Of a DNA stretch of 40,411 nucleotides, positions 1-7,301 are shown one piece after another. Positions within the stretch are counted from its first letter, which is position 1. Every line of letters starts with the position of its first letter. The notes under the pieces are model-generated. The model saw only the letters and a program-made list of their open reading frames with translations, did not search any database and had not been told where the DNA came from. The position numbers and the translations under genes were made by a program. The stretch is taken from the IMG/VR virus record IMGVR_UViG_3300025875_000060, positions 1 through 40,411 of that record; one strand, written 5' to 3'. The DNA comes from a virus (taxonomy: Duplodnaviria > Caudoviricetes).

Positions 1-371
1 CCGCCACTGAGGTCGACTCGCGGGACAAGCGGTCGGATCGCACCAGGGACCGGAAGATCCGCAACTGGCGGCCCGGTGTCGGGCAGATCATGACGAAGCT
101 GCTGCTCGTCGACAACGCCATCTTCTCCGGCTCCAACCAGGTCGAGGGCCTGAACGTGGCGTTCCCCGACACCGACCAGGAGTCCCCGGCGCAGCTCGCG
201 CAGACCTCACTGATGCTGCGGCAGGCCGAAGCGGCGTCGACCGAGACGATCGTCGCCCTCAACCACCCGGACTGGGAAGACACCGAGATCGCCGACGAGG
301 CCCGCAAGATCCTCGCCGAGTCGGGGCGGGCAGTGGCCGACCCCATCGGCCAGGGCGAGAACCTAGGCTGA
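1..371 (+). CDS. Portal protein, C-terminal part (continues from 39239-40411)
   Basis: Frame open from position 3: ATEVDSRDKRSDRTRDRKIRNW...HPDW...EARKILAE, typical C-terminus of SPP1/A118-like actinophage portals. Confidence 0.85.
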   Translation, partial: ATEVDSRDKRSDRTRDRKIRNWRPGVGQIMTKLLLVDNAIFSGSNQVEGLNVAFPDTDQESPAQLAQTSLMLRQAEAASTETIVALNHPDWEDTEIADEARKILAESGRAVADPIGQGENLG

Positions 372-375
372 CCTG

Positions 376-1485
376 ATGCCCGTGTCCCCGACCCTCGCTG
401 AGGGTTTGGCGCAGGCCACCGTCGACGCCTACCTCGAGGCCGAACGGTCCCTGCTGCAGCGGATCGCCGCGGCCCTCGCGAAGGGCCTGGAAGCCCCGAA
501 CTGGGCTGAGCGGCAACTGTTCGAGGTGCAGGCGTTCCGCCGGCAGGCACAGGCCCTGCTGGCCGGGTTGCAGCGCACGACACAGGCCACGGTGAACGAG
601 GCCGTGTCGACCGCGGCGAACCGTGGCACCGCCGCCGCTGTTGCTGAGCTGTCGTCCGCGCTGGCTGTGGCGCCGGATGACCTGCTGGGCGCCCTGCCCG
701 GCGGTCAGGCGGTGGTGCGGCTGGTGACCGAGACGGTAACCAGGGTGACCGGCACGCACCCGCGGATCCTGCGGGCCACGGAGGACGCCTACCGGCAGGT
801 GATCTCCGAGGTAGCTTCCCGCACCCTGCTGGGGGCGGAGACCCGCCGGGACACGGCGCAGGCGGCGCTGGATCGATTCGCTCAGCGCGGCATCACCGGG
901 TTCGTCGATAGGGCAGGCCGGGGCTGGGACCTGAGCAGCTACACGGAGATGGCGGTGCGGACTGCGACCGCCCACGCCGCCGTCGATGCGCACACCGAGC
1001 GGCTGCAGACCGCCGGCCTTGACCTGGTGGTCGTGTCGGATGCCCCGCAGGAGTGCAAGCTGTGCCGCCCGTGGGAGGGGAAGGTGCTGTCCCTGTCAGG
1101 GACCACGGTCGGCGCGATCTCGCTGCAGCACGCCACGGACGACGCCCGCACAGTGCGCGTCACCGTGGCTGGAACGCTGGCGGCTGCGCGTGCGGCTGGG
1201 CTGTACCACCCGGGGTGCAGGCACTCGCACTCCGCGTACCTGCCCGGTGTGACCCGCCCGCCGACCGCGACCGCTGATCCGGACGGTGACCGGGCGCGCC
1301 AGAAGCTGCGGTACCTAGAGCGCCGCGTGCGGGCCGCGAAGCGCCTGGAAGCGGCTGCCCTGGATGACGACGCCCGGAAGGCCGCCAGGGTCCGCGTGAG
1401 GGCCGCACAAGCCGCGATCCGCGACCACGTGGCGACCAGCAGTGCCAAGCGCCAGCCTAGTCGCGAGGGGCTCGGCGCCAGATAG
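376..1485 (+). CDS. Phage minor capsid / head morphogenesis protein
   Basis: GITGFVDRAGRGW..SY.EMAVRT, CKLCRPWEGK and GLYHPGCRH motifs; directly after portal. Confidence 0.85.
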   Translation: MPVSPTLAEGLAQATVDAYLEAERSLLQRIAAALAKGLEAPNWAERQLFEVQAFRRQAQALLAGLQRTTQATVNEAVSTAANRGTAAAVAELSSALAVAPDDLLGALPGGQAVVRLVTETVTRVTGTHPRILRATEDAYRQVISEVASRTLLGAETRRDTAQAALDRFAQRGITGFVDRAGRGWDLSSYTEMAVRTATAHAAVDAHTERLQTAGLDLVVVSDAPQECKLCRPWEGKVLSLSGTTVGAISLQHATDDARTVRVTVAGTLAAARAAGLYHPGCRHSHSAYLPGVTRPPTATADPDGDRARQKLRYLERRVRAAKRLEAAALDDDARKAARVRVRAAQAAIRDHVATSSAKRQPSREGLGAR

Positions 1486-1545
1486 CTCCCCCGGCCAGGT
1501 GTCGGGGCGGTTCCACCACCCCCGACAGGCCCAGGAGGCTTGCGC

Positions 1546-2271
1546 ATGTCCAGCAGCACCCTGCTCCACCCGATCACCCGTGCCCCGATCGTGCCGCTCG
1601 GCTACCGCAAGGACGGCCGGGCGATCTGGCCCATCCTCGGCGGCTCAGAGTCCGCAGGAGACGGCTCTGGCGGCGACGCCGGTCAGGGCACCGACGATCA
1701 GGCCGGTGGCGACACCGGCCAGCGGGGCCACCAGGACCAGCAGGGCCAGGACGACCAGCGGCAGACCTTCGACGCCAAGTACGTCGAGGGACTGCGCACT
1801 GAGTCGGCCAGATACCGCACTCAGCTGCGTGAACTCCAGCAGGCGCAGCAGGCGCAGACCGACGCCCTCGCCCGCGCGCTGGGATTCAAGAGCGACGACG
1901 ACAAGCCCGACGCCGCGAAGCTGACCGAGCAGGTCACCGCAGCGCAGGCTGAGGCTCGCACGCTCAAAGTCGAGCGGGCCATCGACAAGGCCGCACGCGC
2001 GCACTCCGCTGACGAAGACCTCCTGACCGCCGTCCTGGCACACAGGGGCGACCTCGCCAAGCTCGACCCAATCGCCGATGACTTCGCCGCCCAGGTGGAC
2101 GCGCTCGTCAAGGCGACCGTCGACAGCAACCCAAAGCTCAAGGCCGGCCGGGTGCCGGGCGCGAGCGGAGCAGACCACGCCGGCGGGTCCGGCGAACAGC
2201 ACGACCCGGCCGCCTCAGCGCGACCCGGCGTAGCCCGCATCCGCGCGGCCTACGACGCCCACCCAGCCTGA
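1546..2271 (+). CDS. Capsid scaffolding protein
   Basis: GGAGG RBS at 1534-1538; low-complexity G/D/Q segment, YVEGLRTESARYR coiled-coil, SGAD motif; precedes major capsid gene. Confidence 0.8.
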   Translation: MSSSTLLHPITRAPIVPLGYRKDGRAIWPILGGSESAGDGSGGDAGQGTDDQAGGDTGQRGHQDQQGQDDQRQTFDAKYVEGLRTESARYRTQLRELQQAQQAQTDALARALGFKSDDDKPDAAKLTEQVTAAQAEARTLKVERAIDKAARAHSADEDLLTAVLAHRGDLAKLDPIADDFAAQVDALVKATVDSNPKLKAGRVPGASGADHAGGSGEQHDPAASARPGVARIRAAYDAHPA

Positions 2272-2318
2272 CCCGCCCCGTCACCTGACGGGCACACCAC
2301 CCCGGAGGAACACCCGTC

Positions 2319-3275
2319 ATGGCAGTCACCCTCGCCGAAGCCGCGCCGCTGTCGCAGAACAGCCTGCAGCGCGGCGTCATCGAGACCTTCGTCCAGGCCT
2401 CGCCCATCCTCGACCGCATCCCCCTCATGGGGATCGACGGCAACGCCTACGCCTACAACGCGGAGTCCGCGCTGCCCGGCGTCGCGTTCCGCGGCGTCAA
2501 CGAGGCCTACACCGAGTCCACCGGCACCGTCGTCCAGGCCACCGAGTCCCTGGTGATCCTCGGCGGCGACGCGGACGTCGACAAGTTCATCGTCGCCACC
2601 CGCGGCAACCTCAACGACCAGCGCGCCGTCCAGACCGCGATGAAGGTCAAGGCGGTGGCCTACAAGTACCAGGACACCTTCTTCAACGGCGATGTCACCG
2701 TCGACTCCAAGGCCTTCGATGGCCTGAAGAAGCGCCTCACCGGCAACCAGGTCATCGACACCGCCACCAACGGCCTCGGCCCCGTCTCCGGCGGCCACGA
2801 CTTCCTCGACGCCGTCGACCGGCTCCTCGCCGCCGTCCCCGGCATCAACGCCGGCAACGGCGCGATCTACGCCAACGCCGCCGCGCAGGCCCGCCTCACC
2901 AGCTCCCTGCGCCGCCTCGGTGGGGCGGACTTCATCCGCGAGGACCTCACCGGCAAGCGGGTCCTCACCTACAACGGCATCCCCGTCCTCGACCCAGGCC
3001 AGACCGCCGCCGGCGTCGACATCCTGCCCTCCACGGAGACGCAGGGCACCGCCACCGGCACCGCCTCCTCCATGTACGCGGTGAAGTTCGGCCAGGACGA
3101 GGGCGACCAGGGCGTCACCGGCCTCGCCTCCAACGGGCTGCTCCTGCCGGCCGCCTACGACCTGGGTGAGATCGACGCCAAGCCGGTCTACCGCACCCGC
3201 ATCGACTGGTACTGCGGCCTCGCCACCTTCGGTGGTCGCGCCGCTGCCCGCCTCCGCGGCGTCCTCAACTCCTGA
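2319..3275 (+). CDS. Major capsid protein
   Basis: 318 aa, strongly biased codon usage, strong RBS, MAVTLAEAA...FDGLKKRL...AAARLRGV pattern and position after scaffold. Confidence 0.9.
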   Translation: MAVTLAEAAPLSQNSLQRGVIETFVQASPILDRIPLMGIDGNAYAYNAESALPGVAFRGVNEAYTESTGTVVQATESLVILGGDADVDKFIVATRGNLNDQRAVQTAMKVKAVAYKYQDTFFNGDVTVDSKAFDGLKKRLTGNQVIDTATNGLGPVSGGHDFLDAVDRLLAAVPGINAGNGAIYANAAAQARLTSSLRRLGGADFIREDLTGKRVLTYNGIPVLDPGQTAAGVDILPSTETQGTATGTASSMYAVKFGQDEGDQGVTGLASNGLLLPAAYDLGEIDAKPVYRTRIDWYCGLATFGGRAAARLRGVLNS

Positions 3276-3304
3276 CCCCCCTTCGAGACACGGAGACCAC
3301 GACC

Positions 3305-3649
3305 ATGGCTGCTCGCAAGAACACCGACGAGCCCGGCCCGGCCGGGACGAACGGCACCGTCACCACCGACGCCGTCAACGTCCCGTCCGAGATCCAGCCC
3401 GGCGACGCCCCGTACGACACGACCGACCCGACCGAGCGGGTGTCCTCGGTCGACCACCCGGACAAGGCCGCCGCTGCCGCCGCCGGGTACGGCACGGTCA
3501 ACGCCGTCGTGCTGCTGCCGGAAGCCGACGTCCTCGACGCCGGCCCGACCGGCAAGGAGCGCGTCGAGAAGTACGACGTGATCGGCCCGAACGGCAAGAA
3601 GGTCACCGTCGAGCACAACATCGACAGCGGTGCCACCAAGCTCGTCTGA
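3305..3649 (+). CDS. Hypothetical virion-associated protein
   Basis: GGAG RBS, codon usage like the capsid gene, follows major capsid. Confidence 0.7.
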   Translation: MAARKNTDEPGPAGTNGTVTTDAVNVPSEIQPGDAPYDTTDPTERVSSVDHPDKAAAAAAGYGTVNAVVLLPEADVLDAGPTGKERVEKYDVIGPNGKKVTVEHNIDSGATKLV

Positions 3650-3795
3650 CCCGCTCGGTGGCGGGGCGTCCCTGGGGTCTCCCAGAACCAACCAGACGCC
3701 CCTAAGGCCGGCCAGGGGGGACTTCATGGGAGTCCTTCGCCCCCCGCCCGATCCGCGCCCTGCGCCCCGCCACCCCGTACCGACGGAGGACAACC

Positions 3796-4227
3796 GTGGC
3801 CGTGTACGCGACCGACGAACAGCTCGCCGCCTGGACCGGGGACCCCGCACCGGAGACGGCCGACAGGCTGCTGCGGGCGGCCTCACGGCTCGTCGACGAC
3901 GCCACGCTCACCGCCGTGTACGACGTCGGCACCGACGGGCTCCCCAAGCCCGGCCCGGTCGCTGACGCCCTCGCCGACGCCTGCTGCGCCCAGGTCGCCA
4001 CCTGGATCGCGCTCGGCATCGACCCGACGACTGGGTTGTCGGCCGAGGCGCCCAAGGCCGTGGTGAAGTCCAAGCGCATCGGCACCGCCGCGATCGACTA
4101 CGACACCACCGAAGCGGCACTCGCTGCGCAGACCCGTGCGACTGCTGGCCGCACCCTGACCGACGAGGCCCGGCAGATCCTCGCCGCGGCCGGGCTCACC
4201 AGCCAGCGGGTGTGGCTGTATGGCTGA
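3796..4227 (+). CDS. Head-to-tail adaptor
   Basis: YAT..L N-terminus, LLRAASRLVD, ACCAQV, SKRIG motifs; synteny. Confidence 0.8.
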   Translation: MAVYATDEQLAAWTGDPAPETADRLLRAASRLVDDATLTAVYDVGTDGLPKPGPVADALADACCAQVATWIALGIDPTTGLSAEAPKAVVKSKRIGTAAIDYDTTEAALAAQTRATAGRTLTDEARQILAAAGLTSQRVWLYG

Positions 4228-4540
4228 CGAACTCGCCGACTGGTTCGTCCACTCGGTCACCGTCACACCCCTGCTGGGCTCCGGCGCCTACGGGCCAAGC
4301 TACGGGCCGGACGCCGTGATCTCCGGCTTCCTCGACGACAAGCGGCAACTGGTCCGTGACGCCAGTGGCACAGAGGTCGTTTCCCAGGCCACGCTGTACA
4401 CAGCGCTCGAGCACGCCGACACGCTAGCCCCGGGCAGCCGAGTTGACCTCGGCCACCGCAGTGCTGAGGTGATCGGCGTGGCCCGCCGCGATGCCCCCGG
4501 CCTGGACCTACCCGAACACCTTGAGGTTGTTCTTACCTGA
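4220..4540 (+). CDS. Head-to-tail stopper / head closure protein
   Basis: G.YGPSYG, LVRDASGTEVVS, HLEV motifs; synteny. Confidence 0.8.
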   Translation: MADELADWFVHSVTVTPLLGSGAYGPSYGPDAVISGFLDDKRQLVRDASGTEVVSQATLYTALEHADTLAPGSRVDLGHRSAEVIGVARRDAPGLDLPEHLEVVLT

Positions 4541-4550
4541 GGCAGGTGCC

Positions 4551-4907
4551 GTGCCGAACCGCAAGGCGTGGAAGGTAGACCTTCGTCTGAGCGAGGTGCG
4601 GGCCGAAACGCACGACGCTGCAGCGGATGGCCTCAACGACGCCGTCGAGCACGTGCTGGGCGTATCCAACAACCGTGTCCCGCACGAAGAGGGCACCCTG
4701 GAACGCTCGGGGCGCCCGTTCATCGACCGGGACAAGCTGATCGGTGGAGTCTCCTATGACACCCCGTACGCGGTCGTCCAGCACGAGGACATGACGCTGC
4801 ATCACGACCCCGGCCGGTCTGCGAAGTACCTGGAGTCGGCGATGAACGGGGAACGGGAAGTAGCGGTCGCGCTGATTGCCGCCCGCATCCGCCGCAGCCT
4901 GGCTTAG
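4551..4907 (+). CDS. Neck / tail completion protein (HK97 gp10-like)
   Basis: VPHEEGTLERS, YDTPYAVVQHE, AKYLESA motifs. Confidence 0.8.
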   Translation: MPNRKAWKVDLRLSEVRAETHDAAADGLNDAVEHVLGVSNNRVPHEEGTLERSGRPFIDRDKLIGGVSYDTPYAVVQHEDMTLHHDPGRSAKYLESAMNGEREVAVALIAARIRRSLA

Positions 4908-5224
4908 CTCTTCCAGCCAGCGTCGAAGCAAGCCTGCGCGAACGCGTCATCGGCGACTTGCTGCGCTGACTGGTCCGCGCTGACCGTGTTCTGCAGCGAC
5001 CCGTAAGCGTCCTGCACACCTTGCGCGGCGTTGCCGACCGCGCCCCCGATCGAGTCGACCACTGACGCACGGTCGCCACCGTTTTTCAAGAACCCGGCGA
5101 ACTGGTCACACACCGACTCGGTCGAGTCCAGCACCGGCCCGGCCCCGTCGTCGTCGCCTGACCCGCCGCAGCCAGCGAGCCCTACCAGCAGAACGGCAGA
5201 AGCCAACACCCCGGAGTTACGCAT
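4904..5224 (-). CDS. Lipoprotein (antisense moron, 106 aa)
   Basis: MRNSGVLASAVLLVGLAGC signal peptide with LAGC lipobox; fills the gap between two structural genes; TACGGT -10 six nt upstream of ATG. Confidence 0.8.
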   Translation of the reverse strand: MRNSGVLASAVLLVGLAGCGGSGDDDGAGPVLDSTESVCDQFAGFLKNGGDRASVVDSIGGAVGNAAQGVQDAYGSLQNTVSADQSAQQVADDAFAQACFDAGWKS

Positions 5225-5255
5225 CCGCGCACCGTACCGATCAACTGGGGGTGGC

Positions 5256-5693
5256 GTGGGATACACCACCGACCTGCTGGAAGGCCTCGGTAAGGATCTC
5301 GACGCCCTCGGCATCGGCACGTGGCGCGACAACGGCATCCACACCTCCGGAGAGACGGGGATCGTCGTCGGCGCCATTCCGGCCGCCCCTGACCGGCTGA
5401 TCACTCTCACCAGCTACGGGGTCGACGACAACCCGACCCTCACGGACGATGTGATTGGCGTCCAGGCCCGCTTCCGCTGGGGCGGGCAAGATCCGCGGCC
5501 CGCCGACGACCTGGCCGACTCGGTGTTCGACCTGTGGCACGGCGCCGGCCCGTTCACGCTGCCCACCGGTGTCCGGGTGTTGCTGTTGGCCCGCCAGTCC
5601 TGGACATCGCTGGGTCAGGACGACAACGACCGGTGGTCCCGCTCGGACAACTACTACGCCACCGTCCACCGCCCCTCCCCGCACCGCACCTGA
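5256..5693 (+). CDS. Tail terminator protein
   Basis: P..PDRLITLTSY, VQARFR, LGQDDNDRW...NY motifs; precedes major tail gene. Confidence 0.8.
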   Translation: MGYTTDLLEGLGKDLDALGIGTWRDNGIHTSGETGIVVGAIPAAPDRLITLTSYGVDDNPTLTDDVIGVQARFRWGGQDPRPADDLADSVFDLWHGAGPFTLPTGVRVLLLARQSWTSLGQDDNDRWSRSDNYYATVHRPSPHRT

Positions 5694-5706
5694 GGAGACC
5701 CCACCC

Positions 5707-6483
5707 ATGACCGCACCAGTCGCCCGCGTCCCTCTCGGCGGGTCCACCACCAACAAGAAGTGGTACCTGGACGTCGACACCGCCTCGTCCAACAGCAGCC
5801 CGCTGTGGACCGGCGTGTTCGGCATCACCGATCTCACCCCCGGTGGCATCGACGCCAACCTCGAGGACGACTCCGACTTCGACTCCGGCGGCTACGGGTC
5901 GCAGACGAAGACCGCGGAGAACTGGAACGTGGACCTGACCGTGGCCCGGAAGGTGCAGCAGTCCGCGCCGACCGCCTACGACCCCGGCCAGGAGTTCCTG
6001 CGCACCAAGTCCTTCGGCACGTTCGGCGCCGCCAACTCGGTACACCTGCGCTGGTACGAGATGGAGCCCAACGGGCCTCGCATCGAGGCCTACGAGGGCT
6101 GGGCTGCGGTCGTCTGGTCCCCCGATGGTGGCGCGTTCTCCGCGCTGTCCACCGTCTCGGTGACCCTCACCGGTCAGGGCAAGCTCAAGCTGATCGCGCA
6201 CCCGGGTGAGGTCACCCCGGTGATCGCCGTCCTCACCTCGGTCACCCCGGCGACCGGCACCACCGCCGGCGGCACCCTGGTCACGGTCAAGGGCCGCAGC
6301 TTCACGGGCACCACCGGCGCTGGCGGGGTCATGTTCGGCTCCACGAACGCCACCTCCTACCAGGTGATCGACGACAACACGATCTCCGCCGTCACCCCCG
6401 CCAACTCGGCCGGCGCGAAGGCGGTCAAGGTCACCAACCCGGTCGGCGCTTCCACGGTGAACCCCAACTTCACCTACGCCTGA
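5707..6483 (+). CDS. Major tail (tube) protein with C-terminal IPT/TIG Ig-like domain
   Basis: EDDSDFDSGG..SQTKT, YDPGQEFLR tube motifs; C-terminal SVTPATGTTAGGTLVTVKG...FTY; GAGGAG RBS. Confidence 0.9.
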   Translation: MTAPVARVPLGGSTTNKKWYLDVDTASSNSSPLWTGVFGITDLTPGGIDANLEDDSDFDSGGYGSQTKTAENWNVDLTVARKVQQSAPTAYDPGQEFLRTKSFGTFGAANSVHLRWYEMEPNGPRIEAYEGWAAVVWSPDGGAFSALSTVSVTLTGQGKLKLIAHPGEVTPVIAVLTSVTPATGTTAGGTLVTVKGRSFTGTTGAGGVMFGSTNATSYQVIDDNTISAVTPANSAGAKAVKVTNPVGASTVNPNFTYA

Positions 6484-6567
6484 CCCTGAGACGCGGGCCG
6501 GTCGCTGCCTGGCGGTGCGACCGGCCCGCTCCCCTCCACCGCCAGGACAACCGCCAGGAGACCGCAC

Positions 6568-7083
6568 GTGCCATTCCAGGACCTTGACGAACTGCTCGGC
6601 AGCCCCAAGAAGGAACTCCCCGTAGGGGGCAGACTCCTCACCTTCCCCGACCGCATCAGCGCCGAGACCGGCATGGTGCTGCTGCGCATCTCGCAGCGCG
6701 CCAAGGACAACCCCGAGGCCGCCCAGGACGGGGACGCGCTGGTCGCCGACCTCCTCGACGATGATGGCTGGCAGGCCGTGCAGACCGAGGTGATGGGCCG
6801 CACCCCCGAGGAGATGCTGGCCGACGGGCTGATGGGTGACCGGGCCGCACACGTCTTCAAGACGCTGATCATCTGGCACGTGTACGGCCGGGAGGCCGCC
6901 GAGAAGGCGTGGAGCCAGGTGGGAAACCCGCCGGCCCCGAACCGGGCGACCCGTCGAGCGTCCAAGGCTCCGGCGAAGTCGAACCCGGGTCGGGGCTCCC
7001 GCGCTGGGTCGACGACCCCCGAGCCCGACGACGCGACGGCTCTGGGCACACCTGGACCGAACTCCTCGACCGCTGGCAACTGA
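6568..7083 (+). CDS. Tail assembly chaperone (gpG-like)
   Basis: Between major tail and tape measure genes; contains slippery heptamer. Confidence 0.85.
   Translation: MPFQDLDELLGSPKKELPVGGRLLTFPDRISAETGMVLLRISQRAKDNPEAAQDGDALVADLLDDDGWQAVQTEVMGRTPEEMLADGLMGDRAAHVFKTLIIWHVYGREAAEKAWSQVGNPPAPNRATRRASKAPAKSNPGRGSRAGSTTPEPDDATALGTPGPNSSTAGN
6921..6927 (+). other. Programmed -1 ribosomal frameshift site G GGA AAC
   Basis: XXXYYYZ heptamer in the correct phase; -1 frame stays open to 7301. Confidence 0.9.
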
Positions 7084-7301
7084 TCGAGGCCGACCTGAGC
7101 GACCGCGGCGTCGACGTCGAAGACCCAGCGCTCATGCGCGACCGCTCGTGGCGGTGGCTGCGAGTCCGCATCCTCGGGCTCCTCACCGTCCCCGCGGCCG
7201 GGTGGCACGAGGTGCGGACCGGGACGCACGTCCGCCAGGAACCACTGTGGTCCACCCGCATCCAGTCCGCGCTGTACACGCCACGGAGGGATGACGGATG
7301 A
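6921..7301 (+). CDS. Tail assembly chaperone frameshifted extension (gpGT-like; full product 6568-7301)
   Basis: W..LLDRWQLIEADL...RSWRWLRVRILGLL, typical actinophage gpT segment; overlaps tape measure start. Confidence 0.85.
   Translation, partial: GKPAGPEPGDPSSVQGSGEVEPGSGLPRWVDDPRARRRDGSGHTWTELLDRWQLIEADLSDRGVDVEDPALMRDRSWRWLRVRILGLLTVPAAGWHEVRTGTHVRQEPLWSTRIQSALYTPRRDDG

Noticed and set aside
5031-5255. N-terminal extension of the tail terminator ORF
   Set aside because: Antisense of the lipoprotein gene; family-like sequence begins at GTG 5256
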